From a virus (lineage: Duplodnaviria; Caudoviricetes), in the IMG/VR virus record IMGVR_UViG_3300037424_000485, positions 96,001-160,000 of that record: 64,000 nucleotides of DNA, one strand, 5' to 3'. Made by a program: the position numbers and the translations under genes. Every line of letters begins with the position of its first letter. Positions within the stretch are counted from its first letter, which is position 1. Positions 44,429 through 55,694 of this stretch are shown here, one piece after another. The notes beneath the pieces were generated by a model. The model saw only the letters and a program-made list of their open reading frames with translations, was not told where the DNA came from and made no database searches.

Positions 44429-44711
44429 TTTTACTACCTCTAATGTCTTTACTGTTGTTCTACTGTATTATACTGTAGGTTTGCTATCTAATCACAATAC
44501 TATTAATGCAATCAATAACATATATATTATAACCTATTATAGTATGGATGTAAATCAACCCATACTACATAGATCATTTATTTCTTGTGGGTATTTGTCT
44601 TTATCAGGATCTTCTATAAAAGGAATATCATACCTCTCACCAGATTCATAACATTGAAGAATTCTAATGCTATCTCTTCTAATCCATCTGAATTATGTCT
44701 GTTATGCCCTC

Positions 44712-44909
44712 TTAAACTTCCGCATGGTTTCGGCAAGTATCGTTATCATACTCATTTAATTCTTTATCCTGATATTCTTCTTTCTTCTTCTCTTTCTCAA
44801 GAAGCGATTCGCCATCACCATACAACATTTGTTCTCTAACTTTCTCTTTCTTACCGTTAGGCTTCTCTAAATAATCGCCTTTACTAATTTTAGTAGCTTG
44901 TTCGTTCAT
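44712..44909 (-). CDS. Small charged hypothetical protein
   Basis: AAGG RBS; packed. Confidence 0.5.
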   Translation of the reverse strand: MNEQATKISKGDYLEKPNGKKEKVREQMLYGDGESLLEKEKKKEEYQDKELNEYDNDTCRNHAEV

Positions 44910-44919
44910 GGTATTTTCC

Positions 44920-45372
44920 TTAATCTTTAATTCCTGCTTCTTTTTCCATTTTTATAAGTCTAGTATAATAGTCAGGAATCTCACAGAGATGGTCAGTAGC
45001 AATTCTTTCAGATAATATTTTACTTGAAGTATGCTCCATCTCTACTTTTATACCCATAGCTAATTCTTTTTGATCAACATCTTTACTTGTTTTGTTCTTC
45101 TCATTCGCTCTACCATATCCCAAAAAAGATCCAAGCAAAAAGTATATTTGCTCTTCAAATTCATGAGTATTATATTTTAAATTATCGGCAAGGGCATGAA
45201 TATCTTTTTCATCTGATGGATTTGGGTTTTTTTTAAAAAGATCTATTATCTTAGGAACCACACTCATATCTTGCTTTTCTTCTCTATCTTCAAGCAAATA
45301 TTTAATAAATTTATTTTCACTCATAGTTATATTCTCCTGCTGGCATTCAAATAACTGTACAGTATTCGCCAA
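44920..45372 (-). CDS. DUF5661-like protein
   Basis: LAMGIKVEMEHT, IATDHL.E.PDYYTRL..ME. Confidence 0.75.
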   Translation of the reverse strand: MANTVQLFECQQENITMSENKFIKYLLEDREEKQDMSVVPKIIDLFKKNPNPSDEKDIHALADNLKYNTHEFEEQIYFLLGSFLGYGRANEKNKTSKDVDQKELAMGIKVEMEHTSSKILSERIATDHLCEIPDYYTRLIKMEKEAGIKD

Positions 45373-45574
45373 GTTTTTCTTTCATACAGTGTTGGCAAAT
45401 ATCTATGTATATTTCGGAACCATCTCCAAATACAGATGAGTACCCACCGACCTGGGAAAAGCTAAAAGCCTCTTGTGCTTCCATCTCGTCTTCCATTAGG
45501 TCACGCTTACACACAGAGCAAGTCCATTCTGTAAGTTTCCGTTCTTTAACTTTTACAATCCCATATTTTCTCAT
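45347..45574 (-). CDS. Zn-ribbon small protein
   Basis: CSVC, GGYSSVFGDG, DICQHC. Confidence 0.65.
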   Translation of the reverse strand: MRKYGIVKVKERKLTEWTCSVCKRDLMEDEMEAQEAFSFSQVGGYSSVFGDGSEIYIDICQHCMKEKLGEYCTVI

Positions 45575-45817
45575 TTTAGTTTTCCTTTATCGGGTCGTAT
45601 TACCGCTCCGTTATTAAGACTTCAACTATATTTATATAAATTTACTATTTTTCCCACCTCTTAACATACCAATAGATGTAGTTTTCAAAACCAGAGAAAC
45701 ACCATTTAAATATCTTATATCTTCTGGTATTGAAATTTGTTGACCATGACTTAGGAACATAATCTAGTAAAACCCATCCTAACCACCAAAAAAATATATC
45801 TAATATAGTTGGTTCTT

Positions 45818-46072
45818 TCATAGGTCAAATAACTCCCTCTTAAATTCTTGTATATATCCTGTATCATACGATCCACACAACCCCCAATGGACACAGTTTT
45901 TACCAATTTTAGAGTGTACCGCTAAAACCTTGAACATCACATCACCAATCATCCTCAATTCTCCCGATTTAATACCATTTTCATATGATATTATAATGGT
46001 TCCTATATATCCATACCAGTTATATTCAACATCATCAACAGATGCTTTAAGATTGGTCGCATGTATTCTCAT
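45818..46072 (-). CDS. Small hypothetical protein
   Basis: GGAG RBS. Confidence 0.5.
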   Translation of the reverse strand: MRIHATNLKASVDDVEYNWYGYIGTIIISYENGIKSGELRMIGDVMFKVLAVHSKIGKNCVHWGLCGSYDTGYIQEFKRELFDL

Positions 46073-46271
46073 ATCTCTCCAACATCAATTTAACACCATC
46101 TGTAATAATCTCGCCTACTTCTTTTTCAATATCATCGATAGTAATATCCGTATCTTTTATATCTTCTTCATTATGGAGTATATTTAAAGTAATGCCATTA
46201 TCTGTACATTCAATATCTGACAGTTCCACATAAATTCCACATTTTTCTAAATACACTTTTGTTTTATTCAT
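46047..46271 (-). CDS. Small acidic hypothetical protein
   Basis: Overlapping operon. Confidence 0.5.
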   Translation of the reverse strand: MNKTKVYLEKCGIYVELSDIECTDNGITLNILHNEEDIKDTDITIDDIEKEVGEIITDGVKLMLERYENTCDQS

Positions 46272-46888
46272 ATCATACTCTCTGCTTTCTCAATGAATTT
46301 TTTAATATCGAGCATCTCATCTACCAACTCTCTATAGTTCTGTATAAATACAGTGATATTACCACGTTCAGTATCTGTCAATTTTAGATATCTCTTAACC
46401 ATCAAGAAAGCCATTGTTAGGTTATCTAGCTTGCCTTTAATATAATCCTGATATGCTATATGACTATTACCATCTTTAAGCTTGCAATATGTCTCTAGTT
46501 TGTTATACCCGTTGATAGTTGACCTATCTTCCATATATTTTTTTATATGTTTCATAGATTCAATAACGGTTTCTTTAGATATCCTCATTTTTCTCATATG
46601 GACGGTGGCTTTTCTTTTATACATCTCCATAACGCGAGGATCTTGAAATTGATGATATGAAAAGTTCTTCCATAACTCAAAACCAGTCTGCATATATTTG
46701 TTTAGATCTATATTATGCCACTTGGTATTGAAATTGTTAACTATAGCATCTAAATATACCCTATTACTGGCAGACATTTTAGTTTCCTTAAATGTCTGCC
46801 AGTCCTTTGGTGGTCGGAATCCTTTACCTTTTGCTATAGATTGAGCGTTTCTAAATGCAATATAGACGTTCCAATCGTCCAATGTCAA
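46268..46888 (-). CDS. Hypothetical protein, possibly a gp59-like helicase loader
   Basis: About 206 aa, basic and helical, near gp32; no diagnostic motif confirmed. Confidence 0.35.
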   Translation of the reverse strand: MTLDDWNVYIAFRNAQSIAKGKGFRPPKDWQTFKETKMSASNRVYLDAIVNNFNTKWHNIDLNKYMQTGFELWKNFSYHQFQDPRVMEMYKRKATVHMRKMRISKETVIESMKHIKKYMEDRSTINGYNKLETYCKLKDGNSHIAYQDYIKGKLDNLTMAFLMVKRYLKLTDTERGNITVFIQNYRELVDEMLDIKKFIEKAESMI

Positions 46889-47085
46889 TACCCACTAATT
46901 TTTCGATAGGTTTTATTACACCACCTAATCTCTTTTACATCTGTTTTGAACTTCTTATTAATGTCCTTTCTAACCTCTGACATCTTACCATAGAACTGCG
47001 ACCTATACTGTTTACCATCAACAATAAGCCAATCAAAAACTCTTACGTAATGATCATCAGTTAATACTATTTCCCCTGCATACAT
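46885..47085 (-). CDS. Small hypothetical protein
   Basis: Overlapping operon. Confidence 0.5.
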   Translation of the reverse strand: MYAGEIVLTDDHYVRVFDWLIVDGKQYRSQFYGKMSEVRKDINKKFKTDVKEIRWCNKTYRKISGY

Positions 47086-47113
47086 GTTTTATTACCTTTT
47101 TTAAGGTTTAATC

Positions 47114-49348
47114 TTATGGAACAAGTCTCTTCCCAAACAATGACAAATATGTATTGATATAATGGGTTAGGTTATCATATTCCTCCCAAAACAACTGTTT
47201 TCTAACACTTTCAAAATCTTTGGTATATACTTTATGCCTTAAATCAATATCACCAATTAATTTTTCTATATTACTAACTATATCACCCGATGTATCACAT
47301 GTCAATGTGGCATCTTTATAAGGCTCTACATTTGAGTATACACCTGGACACCCTAGAATGGCGTACTCTAATTTTTTGATATTGCTATTATGAGAAACTA
47401 TCCCATTAGCTAGATAATAACTACCATCTGGAACTTGTATATCATAAACATCATTATTAGATTTTTGTATATCAACTATCTCATCATTCATTTCAAATTC
47501 TTTAAAAGCATTTGATCTTTTATGTGATAACCTTTCTTCTAATATAGATTTCTTTCTATTTGATATAAATCCAATATCCTTATGGAATATTTCAGATGCT
47601 TGTCTTCCTAAATACAGAGTATAGTAATCTTTATCATATGTCTTATTTCTATACACTTGTATACGAGATACTATACCAAAACCTAATAACAGAAATTGAA
47701 CATCTCTAACCAAATCTTTATCCTTACTTACAAAAGAAACAGAAGTTGATTTTTTACATGTAGTTCCATCGGTTTCAAACAAACCTGATAAAAATTCTCT
47801 AATTACTGATTTTGGAGATTTTAATATAACATCAGGAACCCTTAAAATCTTACCATATCTTCCTTTAAACCCAATTTTATCACCTAAAAATACTTTTAGG
47901 TTTCTACTTGATATTTTTATATCAAGGCCCTTGCCAGAATATCCATCATCTCTTTTCTTTTCAACAAAATGATAGTTTAATCCTATATTAGAAGCAAATT
48001 CAGTAATATCATAAATAACATCAATATCGTTCTTATTACAAGAAATAGATATACAATTAGATGTTGCGAGATGTCCATCACCTAATACATAACCAATAAA
48101 TCTACCCCATTGCTCATTAATTCTAACTCTTGGCATAACATCATCATCTAAGCTACTATAATCTATGCTATCTAATTTCTTAGTAATAAACATAGGAAAT
48201 GTTAGCTCTTGATATGGAACATCTGGAAAATCGTAAGTTCCTATATCTACACTATCACCTATTTTAAACTCATCCATTCTTTTATATAGATTAAGACCCC
48301 TAAGTTTATGATTCAATGTGCCTTCAATTTCAAAGCCTTTTTTGGTAATAAATTTTAAAGTATCTCTATTACTATATTTTATATTACTGGCTACATTCTT
48401 ATATGAATTCTCCTGCCATATAGTATTTTTAATATTAACGCTATCTATAGCACAAATACCTTTATCAGTTACCACTCTTGTGTCCTTTACTAGACATTTA
48501 CAACTATTAAATAGATTATCCTCCAATGGTGCTATTGCAATATCAACATCGAGCTTCTTAACATACTGAGGAAACTTCCAAATTGATTGCCATTGATGAA
48601 ATTCTATTTTATCTTTAATATCATGAAGCTCTCTTGGTAATGCTCCCATAATAACCCATTGGATATCATCAACAGTCTTTCTAATATAATCAAGAAGATC
48701 CTTTCCAAAGTCGCCACCTTTCCTATCAGCCTTCATAGCAAAATGATTACTCGATCCAGCCCAATATACACGTGGCTTTCTGCTAATCTCTTCTTTGAAT
48801 GGTAGAGGCTCGCCCCATAGAAATTTTGGTAAATGGTTTGGTATTACCCTGATATTCTTATTAAATTTGCTATATACTTCTTTGAGTTTGTTGGTACTAC
48901 AAATCATACCATCCATCAACCCCATGATCTGAGGAATGAATTCTTGTTGCGGCTTATACCAATCAGCAGCAAAATTCCAATCTGGGATCTCTGTTAGTAG
49001 ATCGTCTATCTCATATATAATTGGTGTGTTTGTTTGTCTGCTTATATTAGATTTAAAATATTGCAGCATCTCAAGTTGTGGTTTTGTAGCACTTCTTTGA
49101 AATTGACAGAATAACAAGTCTTTGTAAAAATTAGGATCTGGAATGAATTTATTTCCATAGTTTGCTAAAATTTTTACCTTTGCTATCTCTTCATAATGAT
49201 TTAGTAATAATGTGGGGAAGATAACTCTTATATGTCCACATCCTTGATTATCAGCAGCATATGAATACATGTTTAACTGGATAGGAGGTTTTATTAAATC
49301 CACCTTTGGTTTATTGCCTTTTCTTTTTATATTTCTTAAATTTCCCAT
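47114..49348 (-). CDS. GT-B glycosyltransferase containing a 370-aa LAGLIDADG intein (47387..48496)
   Basis: GCGHIR.IFP, YEIDD, WAGS.NH, DIAIAPL..N.FNSCK | CLVKDT...GYVLGDG...SGLFETDG...SHN | SNIKKLEY. Confidence 0.88.
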   Translation of the reverse strand: MGNLRNIKRKGNKPKVDLIKPPIQLNMYSYAADNQGCGHIRVIFPTLLLNHYEEIAKVKILANYGNKFIPDPNFYKDLLFCQFQRSATKPQLEMLQYFKSNISRQTNTPIIYEIDDLLTEIPDWNFAADWYKPQQEFIPQIMGLMDGMICSTNKLKEVYSKFNKNIRVIPNHLPKFLWGEPLPFKEEISRKPRVYWAGSSNHFAMKADRKGGDFGKDLLDYIRKTVDDIQWVIMGALPRELHDIKDKIEFHQWQSIWKFPQYVKKLDVDIAIAPLEDNLFNSCKCLVKDTRVVTDKGICAIDSVNIKNTIWQENSYKNVASNIKYSNRDTLKFITKKGFEIEGTLNHKLRGLNLYKRMDEFKIGDSVDIGTYDFPDVPYQELTFPMFITKKLDSIDYSSLDDDVMPRVRINEQWGRFIGYVLGDGHLATSNCISISCNKNDIDVIYDITEFASNIGLNYHFVEKKRDDGYSGKGLDIKISSRNLKVFLGDKIGFKGRYGKILRVPDVILKSPKSVIREFLSGLFETDGTTCKKSTSVSFVSKDKDLVRDVQFLLLGFGIVSRIQVYRNKTYDKDYYTLYLGRQASEIFHKDIGFISNRKKSILEERLSHKRSNAFKEFEMNDEIVDIQKSNNDVYDIQVPDGSYYLANGIVSHNSNIKKLEYAILGCPGVYSNVEPYKDATLTCDTSGDIVSNIEKLIGDIDLRHKVYTKDFESVRKQLFWEEYDNLTHYINTYLSLFGKRLVP

Positions 49349-49457
49349 TTAACCCACAAATTAATTAAAAATAGGGGTTTAGGAGTTATAACGCACTCTT
49401 AACAATGCATATCATATTATTTCTAATATGATCTCCATACCCCTCTACCTTTACTAC

Positions 49458-49982
49458 CTACACAAGATTTTCAAGTATCTCATTGATATACTTGTCAATT
49501 CCTAATGTTTCGACTTTTAACAATAAAAATTCATTGATGGTCGGCGTATATGGAGATCTCTTCAGATACATATTAATATCTCTTAAAGATTTATCTCCTT
49601 TATTATGATTACATTTTTGACATGCACATACACAGTTATCCCATTCTGATTTACCACCTATAGAACTTGGTACAACATGGTCTAGAGTGCATTCATCAAC
49701 TTTCAGTTTAACATCACAATACTGACATGTAAACTTGTCACGTGTAAAAATATTTCTTTTTGAATAGGGAACTCTATTTTTGTAAATTTTCCTAACCATT
49801 TTAACAAGACGAATTATCTTAGGTATAAGCATCTCAAACGATTTAGAGCTGTTAGAAATGACATCATCTGACCATGACAATACATCAACTTTTGCTTGAA
49901 AAACAAGAGTGATTGCCTTCTGCCATGATATAGTATTCAAATATTGATAGTTTGCATTTAATACAACTACTGATCTTACCAT
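49458..49982 (-). CDS. HNH endonuclease (McrA-like family)
   Basis: VLNANY, RD..TCQYC, TLDHVVP...GG...WDN...C..CN..KG. Confidence 0.85.
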   Translation of the reverse strand: MVRSVVVLNANYQYLNTISWQKAITLVFQAKVDVLSWSDDVISNSSKSFEMLIPKIIRLVKMVRKIYKNRVPYSKRNIFTRDKFTCQYCDVKLKVDECTLDHVVPSSIGGKSEWDNCVCACQKCNHNKGDKSLRDINMYLKRSPYTPTINEFLLLKVETLGIDKYINEILENLV

Positions 49983-50009
49983 CTCAATATACCTTTTGTT
50001 TGTATTAGT

Positions 50010-50276
50010 CTATTTCACTCCCTTGTTTCCTTGTGTGACTAATAGTTTTGATATACCCTCATCCTCCGAGAGTTCCTTTAGATATCTAATATAATTCTTT
50101 TTTGCTTCTTCTTTAGTAACCTTATCTTTAAAATTTCCATTGCTATCTTTAAGTGTTACCTCATCTTTCAATGTTTGGCAGAAAATACATTTACAAATAT
50201 CTCCTGTCGCTGTGGTGTCTACCACAATCATCCAATCTGGATGAAATAAAAATTTACAAACCGCACACTCTGGCAT
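50010..50276 (-). CDS. Zn-finger small protein
   Basis: MPECAVC, CKCIFC; GGAGAG RBS. Confidence 0.65.
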   Translation of the reverse strand: MPECAVCKFLFHPDWMIVVDTTATGDICKCIFCQTLKDEVTLKDSNGNFKDKVTKEEAKKNYIRYLKELSEDEGISKLLVTQGNKGVK

Positions 50277-50351
50277 TATTCTCTCCTTGTTTAAGTATTA
50301 ACATTACTATATTTTATAAATTTTGTCAATGTTATTGTATATGTAGCTTAT

Positions 50352-51290
50352 TTATAAGATATAAGATTCTTTTGCTATAATATCCAGCAATTTTTCAACT
50401 TTTTTACTATAATTTGATTCAACTATATAAAAGGAATTGCTTGTATCTTCTCTCATCATAAGGACACGACAAATACAATTATCATTAGTCTCCCCATTAC
50501 CACTCTCAATCCACTCACATATATTTTCTATGTATTTTAAAGCTTTTGATAATGGTAATTTAGGTAGTGTAATTTTTACTTCATTAGTACCAAAAGATGT
50601 AATTTCACATTCATCTATAAAAGATAATCCACTAAAATCAATACTTTTTATCTCTTCATATGGATCTTTAATAAGAGGCTCTTGCATAAATTCAGCATTA
50701 CCGCCTTCTAATACCCATAATATAGGATTGAACTGTTGTTCTCCCATATATTTTATATAAGGATTGAGATCTACCTCCGCAATTTTTACATTCTTATATT
50801 TTATTTCTGTGTCTTCATATAGTTCACGAAGGATGTTAATAGCTTCCTTACATTTCTTTATATCTTCCCTTAATGTATTAGTTTTTCTTGCTATTGTCAT
50901 TGGCACTAAATCTATATCTGATCTAATATCTAACAACGCTGCGTGTGTTTGTTTGATCTTATCTTTTTCTTTGTCTATATCAATTTCTATATCAAGAAGT
51001 TCTTTTAAAGTGTTCTCATACTCATATCTAAAAGAGTTAACAGCTTTCTTATAGGCACTCCATGATTCATAAGCCTCTTTATATCCCATATCATCATAAG
51101 ATATACGATCATAAGACATATATTCAAATTCACATTGTAATATTATTTTGTCATTATTTAATGATTCTTTTATTTTATTTATATTCATATTCTCAGTCAA
51201 TATATTATATTTCTGTAGTCTGCTCATATAAATCTCCTTACTAGTATTTATATTAACAGCACTGGTCAAAATAGTAATCCTCCAAATCAA
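50352..51290 (-). CDS. Coiled-coil hypothetical protein; the true start is probably MSRLQKY
   Basis: Long ORF; AGGAG before the internal ATG. Confidence 0.6.
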   Translation of the reverse strand: MIWRITILTSAVNINTSKEIYMSRLQKYNILTENMNINKIKESLNNDKIILQCEFEYMSYDRISYDDMGYKEAYESWSAYKKAVNSFRYEYENTLKELLDIEIDIDKEKDKIKQTHAALLDIRSDIDLVPMTIARKTNTLREDIKKCKEAINILRELYEDTEIKYKNVKIAEVDLNPYIKYMGEQQFNPILWVLEGGNAEFMQEPLIKDPYEEIKSIDFSGLSFIDECEITSFGTNEVKITLPKLPLSKALKYIENICEWIESGNGETNDNCICRVLMMREDTSNSFYIVESNYSKKVEKLLDIIAKESYIL

Positions 51291-51492
51291 GACTATTTAT
51301 TTCATCCCATGTTTTTTCATTAGTTACTTTATATACGTTTTTTTTACGTACTAGATGTATATCTACAATATCTATATCATATTGATCTTCTTCGTTATCA
51401 TCATCATAGTAAGACTCGCCCCTAGTAACTTCTACATTCACTTCCACTTGGTAATCAAGGCCATTTAATTCAATCTCTAGTATCTCTATCAT
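51253..51492 (-). CDS. Small acidic hypothetical protein
   Basis: Co-oriented ORF. Confidence 0.5.
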   Translation of the reverse strand: MIEILEIELNGLDYQVEVNVEVTRGESYYDDDNEEDQYDIDIVDIHLVRKKNVYKVTNEKTWDEINSLDLEDYYFDQCC

Positions 51493-51621
51493 AGTGTTGT
51501 TATTGTTTAATTTTTCTAGGAAATATATACTTTTTTCCTATATTTTAATATCCCTAAAGCCTATGGTGTATATAGACCCAAAGTCTCTTTTGGATTTAGA
51601 CTATTTGCTTATCCCTATTTA

Positions 51622-51813
51622 CTAAAAATAATGGTAACACTCCCACTCTGTTAAATCAGAAAATCTTTTTACTAAGGCCATTCCAGTACGTTTTATTTCT
51701 CTTTCTATAGTTTTATCTTCCAACCCATATATGCTATTAGGATTGTTTGGTACTATAGGTGGACTGGATATTATATCGCCTGTATCTGTTTTTAGTTTAA
51801 GTATAAAAGGCAT
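51622..51813 (-). CDS. Small hypothetical protein
   Basis: Overlap with the upstream gene. Confidence 0.45.
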   Translation of the reverse strand: MPFILKLKTDTGDIISSPPIVPNNPNSIYGLEDKTIEREIKRTGMALVKRFSDLTEWECYHYF

Positions 51814-52169
51814 TAATCCTCACCTAACTGGATTACTGGTAATCTCTCAAGTTCTGTTATGATAGCATCTATAGTGCTATCTGTCAATTCACCATAAATA
51901 AATAAATCATAACTATAATCCATTTGTTTATAAAATGGTTTTGAATGATCTACCATGTCTGTCTTACTAATATATAGATGATTTATTCTACCACCATTGA
52001 TACCATAGATGCTTGGGCTATCAGCGACATTTGCCCTTACCCATCTACCATTAATAATAGCAGTAATCCATCCAGTTATAGAATGTGGATCTACTATTAT
52101 TATGTTTCCTGTTTTTACTATTTTACTTTCTTCCATATTGTTATTCTGGGTATCGTATAATCCTTCCAA
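51813..52169 (-). CDS. Hypothetical protein
   Basis: W..A.V.D.PS.YGIN.GRI..L.I pattern. Confidence 0.6.
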   Translation of the reverse strand: MEGLYDTQNNNMEESKIVKTGNIIIVDPHSITGWITAIINGRWVRANVADSPSIYGINGGRINHLYISKTDMVDHSKPFYKQMDYSYDLFIYGELTDSTIDAIITELERLPVIQLGED

Positions 52170-53798
52170 TTTTGGCTTCTATCATATCAATTTGATACTC
52201 ATATATATGGGAACCAGAGCTATAATAATACATCTTACCTACTTTTTTACCTATATATTCAGCGACCATTTCTTGTAGTCTAGCCATACCACCCATATTA
52301 ACAGGGAAGCCAGCCCATAAATCATTACTGCGCCAATAAGTGGTAAGAGTCAGAGAATCACCAACTACTTTGAAATCAATTTCTCTAAGACAGCTTGGGT
52401 CATTAATTAATACATCTTCTTTCCTTCCTATAGCAATACATGTCTGATTAGTATTTGGTGTGTTTAGAAGAGTTTCCATTACGGTGGGTAGCTGTTCGCC
52501 AATTCTTTCTGCATAGGTATTACCAGACCAACATGCCTTTCCATTTCTTCTAACATATAATATATGATTTTTTGGTAATCTTGAACAGTAAACAGCGCAT
52601 GATTTATCATTATCAATTACTTTAACATTTTTATCTTTTAACACATGAGGCATATTAAAAATATCGTTTTTATAAATATAATTTATATATATATTATTAT
52701 CCACTCTTTTAGTTAATGTAGAACTATACCCTATTTTTAAACACAACTCTTGTACATTATCAGCAAGCTGTTTTGATAATGTAGAATATGAACAGTTTCT
52801 TGTTGTGCCATCACATCTATACATCCAGTAAAACAATATTTTTAATTGTTCTTTTGATAGATTCATAAAATCTCTATCAATATATTTATCTCTTGACTTG
52901 CCAAATTTTTCAAGATAACAATATAACTGCTTATCGCTTATTAATATATCTTTATCATAAACTCTGACATTATCAAATATCTTAGAGAATACTTTTATAA
53001 AAATATCTTGTTCTTTTTTATTTTGTTTTGTAATAGTTACAACATATTGATTTTTATCTTTATATCTCCTTAATGACCCATCTGCTAACCAAGCACCATA
53101 GAACATTAACCATATATTCATTTTTATCTGTCTTTGTTCGCCATAGCCATTATATCTATGATTATTATATTCTATAGAAGGAAGAATAAAGTTTTCTTCT
53201 TTATTACCTTTCCATATACCATTCTTTTTAAACCTAAATCTATAATATGGTATATCATCAACAGGCGATAGATTAAATAATTCTCTATTTTCTTTTGATA
53301 TATATAGTGAATGTCCTGATGATACTAACTGATCTATATACTTGGATTTAACATGATATAGAGGTTTTATAGTATCAAATTTAACATTTTCTATAGGCTT
53401 TATATATTCTATTTCATTATTTATAGGGTTTAAGGAACATATCTTTTCATCACCTTTTAGATCTTTAAAAAAAACCATCCTATATCAGTGAGGACTTCAG
53501 TATCTTCCGAATAACAGTATTCCTCATTCTTCTCTGGCTTCTTACCACCTAAAATATAATTACAATAGTATTCTTCAATAAACTCTTGAGTAGATGGTGG
53601 GGCTACCCCAACTGGAACACTAGGAACCATATCTACTAAAGGATTTTCAATTTCTACTGATAGAAAGGGGTACTGTAGACGGTATGACTCATTTTCAAAT
53701 GAGCCTCTATCTATAACTTGTTTATATACTTCTGGAAGGTCTAAATGATATAACACTTGAAACCATGCATCACTTATAGTTTTTCCAATAATTTCCAT
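52141..53798 (-). CDS. thyA: Thymidylate synthase-family (ThyA-like) enzyme with a 333-aa LAGLIDADG intein (52519..53516) and a -1 frame break at a T8 run (53467-53474)
   Basis: N-extein ...EEY | CYSEDTEVLT..GW; intein GAWLADG, YRCDG, ends WSGN | TYAERI; DPSCLR, RSNDLWAGFPVN (Asn suggests dUMP), SGSHIY. Confidence 0.82.
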
Positions 53799-54074
53799 TA
53801 CTTATATATTCCCTATATTCCTTTGCCCATCTAATAAAATCTATTTGACCACTGGTTTTTATATATTTCTGATATGTCAAACTACAACAGGTCATACAGA
53901 GTGCATAATCATCCTAGATCATCTCCACAATTAGAGCAATGCATGTCTGGTTCATCACCATAGACATTATACCAAACAACCCTAGTATGGCCTTTAGACC
54001 TACAAACAAAAGCCCTTATGGAAAAAGGATCTTGACATAAATATTTCCACCACTCTTTAGTAAGCCAATGCATA

Positions 54075-54257
54075 TTATTTATCCTTTAGACGATCAGTAT
54101 TTAATATATTATCTACTTGTTCTTTTAAATCCATGTTTTTTTCATTAAGATATCTATGATAAGATCTGGATATAATAGAAGACATATCATCCACGTGATA
54201 TATACCTACACCATTAAACTTTCTAGTAAGCATATTATCACCCCAGCTCAAACTCAT
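54075..54257 (-). CDS. Small hypothetical protein
   Basis: H.DDMS.II..SYHR.LN pattern. Confidence 0.45.
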   Translation of the reverse strand: MSLSWGDNMLTRKFNGVGIYHVDDMSSIISRSYHRYLNEKNMDLKEQVDNILNTDRLKDK

Positions 54258-54450
54258 TCCGTATAACTCTACCTAATGAATGATGGCCTGTAGTTACAGC
54301 GTCTTCTTCATTCATAAGCATATACTGCTCAATGGTTATATCATCGAAGTCATTAGCTATGATTTCGCTTATACGCTCAAAATTATACAATATGGTTAAT
54401 GACAGTCCTATTAGCATTTATTTATCCTCAAATGATACCTATTCTAATCA

Positions 54451-54657
54451 TTAAGAAATTTTCCTAGATTTATATGCTGAACCAAGGCCCCTACTAAATT
54501 TAGAAGCTTGTCTTGTTGTTGCTGGAATACCAGCATTTTGACATGCTTTAATAAAAGCGTCTGATTTTACGATATTTCTGTTTCTCTCTGCTGCTGCTGA
54601 TGTATCATAAATCGGCGCACCACCTCTAACACGTTCCCACTGTCTAGCTTTACTCAT
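54451..54657 (-). CDS. Small basic protein
   Basis: AGGAG RBS; F..AC..AG...T.RQASKF..G.G.AY pattern. Confidence 0.65.
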   Translation of the reverse strand: MSKARQWERVRGGAPIYDTSAAAERNRNIVKSDAFIKACQNAGIPATTRQASKFSRGLGSAYKSRKIS

Positions 54658-54784
54658 TTACATCTCCTTGTTTAATTTTAACTTTTTTTTCTTCTTTATT
54701 GATATAAAGAAAACATATTTTATTTAACACTGCCTATACAGGCAGTGGAAGTGATGTTCTTATATTCAATACATATCCTCTTCT

Positions 54785-55018
54785 TTATAAACGTTTAACA
54801 TCTATTTTTTTATTATATATATCAGACATCATAATGTAAACAAACAGATCTGTTAGATCGTGTTTTACTTTATCCCCTTTTACAAGATCTTCAAAAGCCG
54901 TTGGAATGAAAACACTGTCATCTTCTCTATAAACTTTTTTATTTTGATCTCTAACACCCCAACATCCATCCAACATATTATCAGTAATCATTATTATTTT
55001 TACCATAGTAATAGTCAA
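54785..55018 (-). CDS. Small hypothetical protein
   Basis: Co-oriented ORF. Confidence 0.4.
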   Translation of the reverse strand: MTITMVKIIMITDNMLDGCWGVRDQNKKVYREDDSVFIPTAFEDLVKGDKVKHDLTDLFVYIMMSDIYNKKIDVKRL

Positions 55019-55694
55019 TCACATGCTGAAAACCCATTCCCAAAACAAACCATATAGGCGATACTAATCCGTTGGCTGGTGTCTTCAAAAGAAAGCATAG
55101 CATATGCCCAATAATAGCAAACAATATAAGAATATAAAGAACTTTAAATCCAACCCACATTAATAGTTCCTCATGTTCTTGTGTTTCTTGTTACGTACAT
55201 AAGAACCCTTGCCTTTTATAGGACGATGTACAATAACACCTATCTTTGAAACAGGTTTACGAATACTTCTTTGTATTGCTATCATATCTATTTTCATATT
55301 CGTTATCATTTTCATTGTCCTACCTCCTATTGATTTATTTCATAGCAATATACTACTATCTTTATCTACCGTCAATCTATTTTATACATTTTTCTTAAAT
55401 TGGGTATATTCATATAGAACATGATAGTATGAGCTACGTGCTGCGATATACTCATTCTTCAGCCCTTCCTGACCAGAGACACAAGAATAAATTTTATCAT
55501 TTAAACTGCTGATTTCGTTGGATATTTTACTCTCAAAAGCGTCCATATGTTAGTTTTCCTATATTTATTTTAAAATACCTATTGACAAACCTTATTCTTT
55601 ATGTTATAATAAAACCTGTTAAGGGGGGAAATATAATATTTGAATTTTAGAAGCAACAGATTCAAATTTGAATTAGAAATTTGAATTAGAAATT

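Noticed and set aside
52141-52520. dCMP hydroxymethylase (T4 gp42-type) linked to the glycosyltransferase
   Set aside because: The specificity residue in RSNDLWAGFPVN is Asn (dUMP type), not Asp.
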